From an uncultured virus (IMG/VR IMGVR_UViG_3300033148_007826) (lineage: Duplodnaviria > Heunggongvirae > Uroviricota > Caudoviricetes), in IMG/VR virus record IMGVR_UViG_3300033148_007826: DNA of 20,000 nucleotides; one strand, 5' to 3'. This document shows, one piece after another, positions 1-7,239 of this stretch. Both the position numbers and the translations under genes were made by a program. Numbering within the stretch: the first letter of the stretch is position 1; every line of letters begins with the position of its first letter. Under the pieces are notes generated by a model that searched no databases, was not told the origin of the DNA, and worked only from the letters and a program-made list of their open reading frames with translations.

Positions 1-7
1 TAGTTAA

Positions 8-27
8 TATATATAAGTTTGTAATCA
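8..27 (-). promoter_or_regulatory. Class II promoter motif (TGATTACAAAC + TATA box) for a gene left of the window
   Basis: Minus strand reads TGATTACAAACTTATATATA; near-identical copies at 8689-8710, 11722-11741 and 14580-14599. Confidence 0.6.
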
Positions 28-31
28 GAAG

Positions 32-106
32 CGGGCGTGGCAGGATTCGAACCCACGAACTGCGACTCCGAAGGCCGCCGCACTATCCAGGCTATGCCAC
101 ACGCCC
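32..106 (-). tRNA. tRNA-Arg(TCG)
   Basis: Acceptor GGGCGTG/CACGCCC, anticodon arm GCGGC-CTTCGGA-GTCGC, T-loop TTCGAAT; CCA not encoded. Confidence 0.95.
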
Positions 107-159
107 ATGTGCTATCATTTTAGATAAAGTATATAAAGTCCCTGAACTTTCTGAAATCT

Positions 160-294
160 ATGAACTTTCAATATGTTGTATGGATGGACCCCTTGGATAA
201 TGTTTGGAAAGATTATATTCCTACTGGGGCAGCCAGAACGTTACTAGATAATATCAATGAGACTGATGGGTGTTTTCTGATACTATTGATGTGA
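160..294 (+). CDS. Small hypothetical protein, 44 aa (MNFQYVVWMDPLDNVWKDY...)
   Basis: Hand-translated ORF about 20 nt downstream of a class I promoter (TATAAAGTCCC, 132-142), consistent with a leaderless mRNA. Confidence 0.5.
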   Translation: MNFQYVVWMDPLDNVWKDYIPTGAARTLLDNINETDGCFLILLM

Positions 295-296
295 AG

Positions 297-368
297 TCTG
301 GGGAGAGAGAGTCGAACTCCCGAGGAATGGGTCTACAATCCACCGCCATACCACTTGGCTATCCCCAG
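297..368 (-). tRNA. tRNA-Tyr(GTA), archaeal type
   Basis: Acceptor CTGGGGA/TCCCCAG with C1-G72 and A73, loop TTGTAGA, short variable loop, A31-C39 mismatch. Confidence 0.9.
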
Positions 369-379
369 ATTGAATAGGA

Positions 380-437
380 AAGCGTGTCGGGAATCAAACC
401 CGATTGAACAGGGCTCATTCCAGTCACCCTCACGCTT
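380..437 (-). ncRNA. D-armless tRNA-like element
   Basis: 7-bp acceptor-like stem AAGCGTG/CACGCTT, T-arm TCGGG-TTTGATT-CCCGA, single middle hairpin AGGGT-GA-CTGGAAT-GA-GCCCT. Confidence 0.5.
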
Positions 438-471
438 ATGTTATATACTATTTGTTACCAGATTTGGAAAG

Positions 472-545
472 TGGAGGAGGGGAGATTTGAACTCCCGACA
501 TTTCAATTTTCAGTCGAACGGACCCCCAGGCTGTCCTACTCCTCC
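472..545 (-). tRNA. tRNA-Phe(GAA)
   Basis: Acceptor GGAGGAG/CTCCTCC, anticodon arm TTCGA-CTGAAAA-TTGAA, T-loop TTCAAAT. Confidence 0.92.
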
Positions 546-555
546 GTGATATTGA

Positions 556-630
556 TGAGCCCGGAGGGATTCGAACCCCCGACACCTGGATTAAAAGTCC
601 AGTGCATTATCCTAGCTATACTACGGGCCC
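556..630 (-). tRNA. tRNA-Lys(TTT)
   Basis: Acceptor GGGCCCG/CGGGCTC, anticodon arm CTGGA-CTTTTAA-TCCAG, T-loop TTCGAAT. Confidence 0.95.
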
Positions 631-633
631 ACA

Positions 634-969
634 TTATGCATAGGCTGGGTCGGATTCTTTAGCTCCATCCCATTTTTCCTCATTTGCGAGGATTATCTCG
701 TATGTGGTATCGCCAACTTCAGCCTCGAAAACGTGCCCATAACTGTCTTTGAAACCTAGCATTAGGTCAGCAGTGAGTCGGCAGAACAATATCTGTGAAC
801 CTTTCTCAATGGATTCGGCCTGTGCAATAGCCACTTCACGGGTTATAATTGGGTTGGCAATGATGACATAAATTGGCCCTTCTGGTGTCCTATGCTTAGA
901 CACATACATTCCAGCGGGTGGCTGTAGAAGATGCATGAGCCTGGCTGGAAATCTGATTAAGAGCTTCAA
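634..969 (-). CDS. Hypothetical protein
   Basis: 111-aa ORF whose TTG start overlaps the upstream stop (TTGA). Confidence 0.7.
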   Translation of the reverse strand: MKLLIRFPARLMHLLQPPAGMYVSKHRTPEGPIYVIIANPIITREVAIAQAESIEKGSQILFCRLTADLMLGFKDSYGHVFEAEVGDTTYEIILANEEKWDGAKESDPAYA

Positions 970-1424
970 TTGGCTCGCCTCAATGCCGTATCAGTGATGA
1001 TGTGTTCGCATCCCCCGCAGATGTAGTACCTGCTGGACCATCTTTCCACCTTGCCTTGTTCTGAACATCTTGGGCAGACGAGCTTCCCGTATATGTTGAT
1101 GCCTTTCTTCTTAGCCGCCAGTTCCTTTATCTTCCAACGTGGAAGGGTGGAAATATTGAGAAGGCCGACCAATACGCCGATTATTATGAGCGCACATATG
1201 AGTAGGTTCAACCCCGAATGTTTAAGCAGGGTTCCGTCCTGCCAGCATATGAGTGTGCCCAGAGCCAGGAATATTAGCGAAACTACGCACATGACTATCC
1301 CAAAGCCGATGGCAAGGGCCTTCATTCCAGCTTCCGCCCCCAACATGGGACTGTCGAATTCCTCGCCGACCTTACCTGCGACTTCGGCGGCAAATCCAGC
1401 GGGTCCGCCTGATTTTAACGGCAT
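966..1424 (-). CDS. Two-TM membrane protein with C-terminal zinc ribbon
   Basis: Two hydrophobic segments, then CPRC...CGGC; RBS GGAGA. Confidence 0.8.
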   Translation of the reverse strand: MPLKSGGPAGFAAEVAGKVGEEFDSPMLGAEAGMKALAIGFGIVMCVVSLIFLALGTLICWQDGTLLKHSGLNLLICALIIIGVLVGLLNISTLPRWKIKELAAKKKGINIYGKLVCPRCSEQGKVERWSSRYYICGGCEHIITDTALRRAN

Positions 1425-1439
1425 CCTGTCATCTCCTGC

Positions 1440-3194
1440 CTAAGTATCGTGTTCCATCTCTACTATGATGTTGACATCCTGGTTGTAGGATGATGACCCC
1501 GTTGCGAACATGATAAGGACGAAATCTCCCACCTCGTAGGCATACGGCCTTGAATTCGCATAGGCGTAGAATGTGAAATGCTGGTGCAAGGTGCGTTGGA
1601 CCACCACGGTCATGTTCAGTGTGGCATTGTATTCCGTATCATTTATAGTTACAGTGAAATCGAGCTTGATTTCCCATTCGGTAGTGCCATTGACGACGTA
1701 GTTATACATTGATGTTATGGTCCCATTGATGGCGCACAGTGTCTCATTAGTCACACTGCCTGGGAGAGATGAGCCATTTATGAGTTCTATGTATTCTGGA
1801 AGGACATCGGCGAGTGTTTCGCCCATTACCACCGTTGAGGATACGTCGTCGGCCCTGAGTAGGCTGACCCTCTGTAGGATGTTGTTTTCAGATAGTATGG
1901 GGCAGAACCATGTCTCCACGCCGTCTATGATTAGGAACATGGGCTGTGTAGCGTACCAACCGTCGAAGTTCTTTATTTTCGATGTGGCGACCTCTATGGC
2001 CCCGTCGCCATTCGCCATGCCCTCGACGTTGTAGAAGCTCATCTGACCCGTCTTGGTATCGGTCAGCATATATCCGACCATGGATTTGTCCGAACCTGAC
2101 GGACTCGTGAAATCTGTGAACCAGTAGGTACGGCCATCATTGGCGACAATCATGAATACGTCGCTCTCCTTGATTGAGTCATCCCCTTCGGAATTGGTGG
2201 CTCTTTTTGTTGGTATCTTCACATCGTCCTCCGATAAGACGGTGTTCCAGTAGCCGTGAACATATTTGCCCCACCATTGACAGTAATCCTCGGTCAGTTC
2301 CTCGGGGAACGCATTGTCAATCCATCCTGGCTGTGAGCCGATATTATATTCTGCTATGCTTAGATTGACCGGGGAAACCACCAATATCTTCGATACCACA
2401 TCACCATCGTAAGTGACGGTAGGGGTGCAAAGAGTCACGATGACCCATGGCTGACCTGATTCATCTATCTCGAATGTCCAGTATTGATGATATTGAGAAT
2501 AATCCCGGTATATTATCCTACCCATGTATTCTCCGAAGTATTCTCCATCATAGGCATAGTCAATAGAGTATTCGTTGACGAGTACGGCATCCGCATTGGG
2601 GTCTTCGGCATCCACGAGGACGTAACCACCCGTCACATGATACTCCCTGGCTTTCCAGAAGCCACGATGTACTAACGGACCCAACCACGTTAATGTGCCG
2701 TTATACATGATTATTTCCATCTCCCCTATCTCGACACGGTTTCCGAGAGAACCGATTACCTTGTCTGCCTTCCAGCGGGCGTATTCATAGTTGACCTGGC
2801 GGAGATGCGTAGTGTCAATCCCGTTGGGCTGGTCCTCGTATGTGCTCACATTCGGGATTCCGTATAATCTGGATGTGACGAAAATCGGAGAGAATAACCC
2901 GACGAGTAGAATCACCACGCACAGGATTCCGATTATTACTCTGGCTACGTCTTCGGAATCGTTTGCACTTGAGCCACAGAATATGATGCCAAGAAATACA
3001 CCTAGCACGGCTGTCATCACCATCGAGAAAGCGTATGTATTGAACATCATCAGGTAGTTCACGATTGCTATTATTACGAAGAATGTCATGGCCATGAGCA
3101 GGCCCCATACTACTTTCACCTTTGTTCTTCCCAATAATGCGATTGTTATCAGGATTGCCACCGCACATATGATAGGTATTATCCAACCGGACAT
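1440..3194 (-). CDS. Membrane-anchored protein (about 4 N-terminal TM helices, large extracellular domain), function unknown
   Basis: 584 aa; RBS AGGTGA; class I promoter at 3221-3240; many N-x-S/T sequons. Confidence 0.85.
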   Translation of the reverse strand: MSGWIIPIICAVAILITIALLGRTKVKVVWGLLMAMTFFVIIAIVNYLMMFNTYAFSMVMTAVLGVFLGIIFCGSSANDSEDVARVIIGILCVVILLVGLFSPIFVTSRLYGIPNVSTYEDQPNGIDTTHLRQVNYEYARWKADKVIGSLGNRVEIGEMEIIMYNGTLTWLGPLVHRGFWKAREYHVTGGYVLVDAEDPNADAVLVNEYSIDYAYDGEYFGEYMGRIIYRDYSQYHQYWTFEIDESGQPWVIVTLCTPTVTYDGDVVSKILVVSPVNLSIAEYNIGSQPGWIDNAFPEELTEDYCQWWGKYVHGYWNTVLSEDDVKIPTKRATNSEGDDSIKESDVFMIVANDGRTYWFTDFTSPSGSDKSMVGYMLTDTKTGQMSFYNVEGMANGDGAIEVATSKIKNFDGWYATQPMFLIIDGVETWFCPILSENNILQRVSLLRADDVSSTVVMGETLADVLPEYIELINGSSLPGSVTNETLCAINGTITSMYNYVVNGTTEWEIKLDFTVTINDTEYNATLNMTVVVQRTLHQHFTFYAYANSRPYAYEVGDFVLIMFATGSSSYNQDVNIIVEMEHDT

Positions 3195-3220
3195 TTGTTC
3201 ACCTAAGTCTTTCTAATATC

Positions 3221-3240
3221 CGGGGACTTTATATGCTTTT
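3221..3240 (-). promoter_or_regulatory. Class I promoter (A-rich BRE, TATAAA, GTCCCC)
   Basis: Minus strand AAAAGCATATAAAGTCCCCG; nearly identical at 6671-6690, with about 12 further variants upstream of genes. Confidence 0.7.
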
Positions 3241-3249
3241 TGAAAGGAA

Positions 3250-3338
3250 TGGTGCTGGAGGGAAGATTCGAACTTCCGACGTTGCCTATGTAGTGATTCC
3301 TAAGACCACCGCATTCGACCTGGCTCTGCTACTCCAGC
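3250..3338 (-). tRNA. tRNA-Leu(TAG) with encoded CCA
   Basis: Acceptor GCTGGAG/CTCCAGC-ACCA, anticodon arm GTGGT-CTTAGGA-ATCAC, long variable region. Confidence 0.92.
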
Positions 3339-3340
3339 TT

Positions 3341-3859
3341 TTAATGTGTGTCGTTATATTCCTGACACCAGTTGATGATGGTTTCCTCAGTCCATTTGAA
3401 ATGACGATTCTTCCGTATGTTTCGAGATTGAATCTTTCCGACAAGCTCTGCCCGCTTCTTCATATCAACCATGTCGTAACCCATATATTGATTTCGTCTT
3501 CCAATTGGCCCCATTGAAATGTATTCGAGCATAACCCCGATATGTGGTTTTTTTATTACTGAGTAGGGAGATATTGTAGTTAATAATTTCTTTAATGATG
3601 GTCTTGCATAAATGCTTATTTCTGCCATTTTGCATCCTGTTCCGTAAGTACGAAATCGGGTATTGTAATTGAGGCCCAGGTCATCAAATATATGTTTAAT
3701 GGTTTGGAACCATTTTCCTTCGGACATAGCGATGCTAAACGAGGGGGTGATGGCTATCCGATTCCCAAATTTTCTTTTTGATTTTCGTGTGATGACGTTG
3801 AAATAAATTGAGCCTTCGCCATCAATCAATCCCGCCATCCAAGCTATTGTGGTAGACAT
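3341..3859 (-). CDS. Free-standing single-motif LAGLIDADG homing endonuclease
   Basis: N-terminal AWMAGLIDGEGSI motif; basic 172-aa protein; lower GC than neighbours; own TATA motif near 3890-3905. Confidence 0.88.
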   Translation of the reverse strand: MSTTIAWMAGLIDGEGSIYFNVITRKSKRKFGNRIAITPSFSIAMSEGKWFQTIKHIFDDLGLNYNTRFRTYGTGCKMAEISIYARPSLKKLLTTISPYSVIKKPHIGVMLEYISMGPIGRRNQYMGYDMVDMKKRAELVGKIQSRNIRKNRHFKWTEETIINWCQEYNDTH

Positions 3860-3911
3860 TGTTATACACCTATGATATTATGATATTGTGGGTTTATATG
3901 GTTTATCATGA

Positions 3912-3985
3912 TGAGGGTGACAAAATTCGAACCTGGGGTCACTCGGTTATGAGCCCACCGCATTACCGGGCTCTGCTACGCCAGC
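3912..3985 (-). pseudogene. Mosaic or degenerate tRNA with CAT anticodon
   Basis: Intact D-arm, CTCATAA loop and TTCGAAT loop, but acceptor (GCTGGCG/CACCCTC), anticodon stem (GTGGG/CCGAG) and T-stem (CCAGG/TTTGT) pair poorly. Confidence 0.75.
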
Positions 3986-4541
3986 ATTTACCTATAAAGA
4001 AGTTGATGATAATATCAATCTTCCAGTTGATGAGGGTTCCTAAAGTCGGCCTGAAGATTTTCAATACGCTTGGGGGTATCGTTCCAGAGGGTTTGACCTG
4101 AACCGATGGGATACCCCGGAACAAGCCAACGTCCACACCATTGATGCTGACCGGGAATGTTGGTTCTTTATCCTCTGCCTTGATGTTCGCATCTGGTTCT
4201 ATTGTGCAGCCTTCTTTCAATAGGGTTTCCGCCTCGCATGATACTATCAACACTTTCCCCAGGACTCTTAGACCCCACCAGTTGTGTCTACTTTTCTTGA
4301 CCCGCATCTCACCCCAGGCATATGCTATATTTTCTTTGGTCGTGAAATACAGCATATCTTCTTCCGATTCTGCTTTCCAGGTCTTATCGACCCCCGGACG
4401 CATCCCTTCCCTGGCTATCTTAAGGGCCGTTTTCTTATCAGTGCCATGGTACAATGTGGTTGGCGTGTTGTTCGCCAGCCATGCGGTAAGCTCTGGAAGG
4501 CTTCTGTTCGGGGCAATCACATTTAATGGTATCGGCGTCAT
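3963..4541 (-). CDS. ADP-ribosyltransferase-fold protein (Tpt1/KptA C-terminal-like or PARP-like)
   Basis: LYHGT-x5-LKIAREGMRPG, LYFTT-x3-IAYAWG and VLIVSCEAETLLKEG follow the NAD-binding ART/Tpt1 pattern; RBS AGGTGA. Confidence 0.7.
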   Translation of the reverse strand: MTPIPLNVIAPNRSLPELTAWLANNTPTTLYHGTDKKTALKIAREGMRPGVDKTWKAESEEDMLYFTTKENIAYAWGEMRVKKSRHNWWGLRVLGKVLIVSCEAETLLKEGCTIEPDANIKAEDKEPTFPVSINGVDVGLFRGIPSVQVKPSGTIPPSVLKIFRPTLGTLINWKIDIIINFFIGKCWRSRAR

Positions 4542-4549
4542 TTGCTCAC

Positions 4550-4765
4550 CTATTGACCTCTCGTTCCTGGCGTCCTCTTGTAGCCATGGTGTTTATCGTG
4601 ACAATCCCTACAGAGAATCCTCCAGTTGGATGGAGTGTCCTCGCCACCTTTGGATAAAGGCTTGATATGATGAATGGATAGGTTATTTTCAGCTCCGCAC
4701 TTTGAGCATATCCCTACACGGAGCATTCTGCGGCGTTGCCTGTTAATGTAATTGATGTGACTCAC
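4550..4765 (-). CDS. Small HNH endonuclease
   Basis: CSKCG...IHHIKPLSKGG..TPSNWRILCRDCHDKHH; likely GTG start overlapping the ligase TGA, with GGTGA RBS. Confidence 0.88.
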   Translation of the reverse strand: MSHINYINRQRRRMLRVGICSKCGAENNLSIHHIKPLSKGGEDTPSNWRILCRDCHDKHHGYKRTPGTRGQ

Positions 4766-5433
4766 GCCATCACCACGTTGAATCGGGGAGTTCTGCCCGT
4801 CCAATGTGATTCTTCAGCCAAGTCGTCCAAGAACTCCTGAACGACGAGCTTGCCGAACTGCTTGACCGTATCGGCCTTCACGACGATGCCTTCCATGTTG
4901 GCCACGGTGGAGAATGCCGACCTCTTGTTCTCACAGAGGGGAAGCAGGTCATCGAACTTGACCTTCCCCCTGAACATCACGGGAGCTGTCGTGAATCCGA
5001 GCCCGTTGAGGATTTTTATCTTGCGGTCCTGAGAGATGATGCGGCCAATACCTTCTTCGATAATGTCGAAGGCGATGAACCTGTCTGGAAGCCTGTCATA
5101 CACGATATTGTGCTGAACGTGCGCCCACTCGCCGACGACCCTGGTGTGCCTCGGTATTCCCTCGACCTTTTCGATGTTCGTCCATACCCAAGGCCACGCT
5201 CCTTTGAACTGGGTGCATTTGTCATATTCGGATAAATGCCTGTTCCGAGTGTAGATGACTGGCTTGCCGTTCTTGAAAGCAATAGACATCTGGGAGCCGT
5301 CAATCTTCTCCTCAATTCTGGTATCCCCCTTCAGTAACCTCTTGACCTCACTGGGGTTGAGATAACGCTTATCGTGCCTTGCGGATATGGCGGAATGAGG
5401 TATTCTCAGTGGTTTAGGATACTTCAGTTGCAT
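4762..5433 (-). CDS. ATP-dependent RNA ligase (Rnl2-like nucleotidyltransferase domain)
   Basis: Motif I EEKIDGS, motif Ia YTRNR, motif III GEW, motif IIIa FIAFDI, motif IV EGIVVK, motif V GKLV; no OB-fold domain. Confidence 0.85.
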   Translation of the reverse strand: MQLKYPKPLRIPHSAISARHDKRYLNPSEVKRLLKGDTRIEEKIDGSQMSIAFKNGKPVIYTRNRHLSEYDKCTQFKGAWPWVWTNIEKVEGIPRHTRVVGEWAHVQHNIVYDRLPDRFIAFDIIEEGIGRIISQDRKIKILNGLGFTTAPVMFRGKVKFDDLLPLCENKRSAFSTVANMEGIVVKADTVKQFGKLVVQEFLDDLAEESHWTGRTPRFNVVMA

Positions 5434-5965
5434 TGTCTTCCTCTCTGAACTCTTTGAGCTTTAAAAGCACGGCGAGTTCCGTTTCAGTCGTTTTGATGGA
5501 GTTATCCAGGTGAGTTCGGTTTCTCCTCATGCGGAAGTACCATTTCAACTGTTTTAAATCACCCTCACTGCCACTCAATTCGATGAGAATGGCGATTAAT
5601 GCCATTCCAACAACCATGAGTCGTCCTATAGCTGGTGTGAAATTTGCCTGAAATGTCCAGGTGGACATGAAGATTACCAGGCTAATGTATGAGGTTAAAA
5701 TGAGGACTGGACATCCGAATAGAAAGCCTGAAAGACTCAACTCCAGATAATGGTCATAATCGACCCGTGCATACTTTACTTGGTCTTCTGCACCACAACT
5801 ACCGGAGTCTGGTGTCACGACGAACTTTATCTCGGACTCTGGTATGTATCTTCTATAAGCCACCCAATGTCCAAGCTCGTGGACGATGGTATTCAATATC
5901 ATTCCAAGGAGGTATGTCCCTGTTATTGCCATCAAGACCAAGAGTTCGTGTGTGCCTTCTGTCAT
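5414..5965 (-). CDS. Membrane metallopeptidase-like protein (M50/site-2 protease-like)
   Basis: HELGH (HExxH) at the end of a TM helix, further TMs and a distal GD motif; RBS AGGTGA before ATG at 5965. Confidence 0.65.
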   Translation of the reverse strand: MTEGTHELLVLMAITGTYLLGMILNTIVHELGHWVAYRRYIPESEIKFVVTPDSGSCGAEDQVKYARVDYDHYLELSLSGFLFGCPVLILTSYISLVIFMSTWTFQANFTPAIGRLMVVGMALIAILIELSGSEGDLKQLKWYFRMRRNRTHLDNSIKTTETELAVLLKLKEFREEDNATEVS

Positions 5966-5984
5966 ATTATTCACCTGAATGTGA

Positions 5985-6059
5985 TGGGACCAGACGGATT
6001 CGAACCGACGACTACCCGGTTATGAGCCGGATGCTCTGACCAGACTAAACTATGGTCCC
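5985..6059 (-). tRNA. tRNA with CAT anticodon, probably tRNA-Ile2 (otherwise elongator Met)
   Basis: Acceptor GGGACCA/TGGTCCC-A, arm TCCGG-CTCATAA-CCGGG; GGG start and overall sequence resemble archaeal Ile2; lacks the initiator A1-U72. Confidence 0.88.
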
Positions 6060-6635
6060 CTAAGTTGGTGGGGAAAACTCCCCGATTACAGGACCGTAGT
6101 AGTCCCCTATTGTTTTCATACCGCCATCATCAGTGGATTGCGTGTCTCCTATAGCGTGTAGAGAGGTGAACAATGATACCCATTTGGCACTGTAATTCGT
6201 TTCATAATCCAGTGTGGCCCCATTCCAGCAAAAATTGGTCAGGTCATAACTTCCACCCGGAACAGCCGGGAAGCCTTTTATTGATTCGATTACTGTGCCA
6301 TCGTCAAAGGTCGTCATTATGACAATCCTCTCAACACTCCGATTCTCTATTCGCTCTTTTACTAATTGAGAATCGTTTACGAAGTATTGGAGCCTATATC
6401 TCCAGCCCCCTTCTAGTTCCATGCCCATTACATTCAGGTTCACTATCTCTGTGGAACAGTTGGCGTAGATGATTTTCCCCATTCCCTCATTTGTGGGGGT
6501 GATGATGAGTTCGGGCTGTTCTTCCGCCTCATTCGTCGTATGCTCATAGACGAATAGCCCGTATGTCGTTGCCATCCCCATGATGAATACACACATGAGA
6601 GCAATGCCCACCGTGATTCTTTCCTTGCCTTTCAT
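6060..6635 (-). CDS. Membrane-anchored or secreted hypothetical protein
   Basis: Likely start MKGKERIT at 6635 (RBS GAGGT); N-terminal TM; the longer listed ORF runs into tRNA-His. Confidence 0.8.
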   Translation of the reverse strand: MKGKERITVGIALMCVFIMGMATTYGLFVYEHTTNEAEEQPELIITPTNEGMGKIIYANCSTEIVNLNVMGMELEGGWRYRLQYFVNDSQLVKERIENRSVERIVIMTTFDDGTVIESIKGFPAVPGGSYDLTNFCWNGATLDYETNYSAKWVSLFTSLHAIGDTQSTDDGGMKTIGDYYGPVIGEFSPPT

Positions 6636-6692
6636 TTTATCAACCTCTTTCGTGTAAGATTGACTAAGGCCGGGGACTTTATATGGTTTTAG

Positions 6693-6764
6693 GGGAAAGA
6701 GCGGGAGTCGAACCCACACTTACAGGGCCACGGTCTGTGGTGCTACCATTACACTATCTTTCCC
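6693..6764 (-). tRNA. tRNA-His(GTG) with encoded G-1
   Basis: G(-1)-GGAAAGA/TCTTTCC-C73; anticodon loop CCGTGGC with atypical C33; T-loop TTCGACT. Confidence 0.88.
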
Positions 6765-6809
6765 ATAGTAATAACGTATTTATATTGATTCATCCATTAT
6801 GTAGGCTCA

Positions 6810-6974
6810 ATGGCATTTCCTGAACCCGTACCAGTCCTTACCGGAGAGCAAGCCGAGGAGTTCGCCCGAAGACTTCGTGATTTCAAGTTGACCGATGAGC
6901 AGAAGGCGTTTTACAGAGAGGCCATGCAGATTCATAGACGACATAAAGATGATGGAAAAAAATACATAAGATGA
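6810..6974 (+). CDS. Small protein, 54 aa (MAFPEPVPVLTGEQAEEFARRL...), possibly antitoxin-like
   Basis: Hand-translated; TATA box (TATTTATAT) about 25 nt upstream. Confidence 0.65.
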   Translation: MAFPEPVPVLTGEQAEEFARRLRDFKLTDEQKAFYREAMQIHRRHKDDGKKYIR

Positions 6975-6975
6975 T

Positions 6976-7207
6976 TCATTCCTCTACTACCGTTTCATTC
7001 ATTTCATCTCGCAGCCATTCGACGAATTCCTCGTCGGTTCGATTCTCGACGAACTTGGCGTAGATTGCTTTGGCGAGATTTTCTCTCGGCTTCGTGTAGC
7101 AGAGGTTTCCGAACGGGTATCCGCTCTTTCCTCCTGGTTGGCGACCTTCTCGTGCTATCTCATCGGTGAAGGCGTAGCCATTCCAGAACGTCCTTTGGAC
7201 TATTCAT
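6976..7207 (-). pseudogene. Small hypothetical gene interrupted by an apparent +1 frameshift
   Basis: Strong RBS GAGGTGA and ATG give only MNSPKDVLEWLRLHR*; the +1 frame continues DEIAREGRQPGGKSGYPFGNLCY...FVEWLRDEMNETVVEE*. Confidence 0.5.
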
Positions 7208-7239
7208 GGCTGTTCACCTCGTTTGTTTTAAAGTGATGA

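Noticed and set aside
355..662. Plus-strand ORFs 355-549 and 438-662 (likewise 3233-3517, 3859-4101, 5750-6039)
   Set aside because: Antisense shadows of tRNA genes or of real minus-strand genes
3250..3985. LAGLIDADG ORF as cargo of a tRNA intron
   Set aside because: tRNA-Leu(TAG) is complete on its own, the ORF has its own promoter, and I found no BHB or group I structure flanking it
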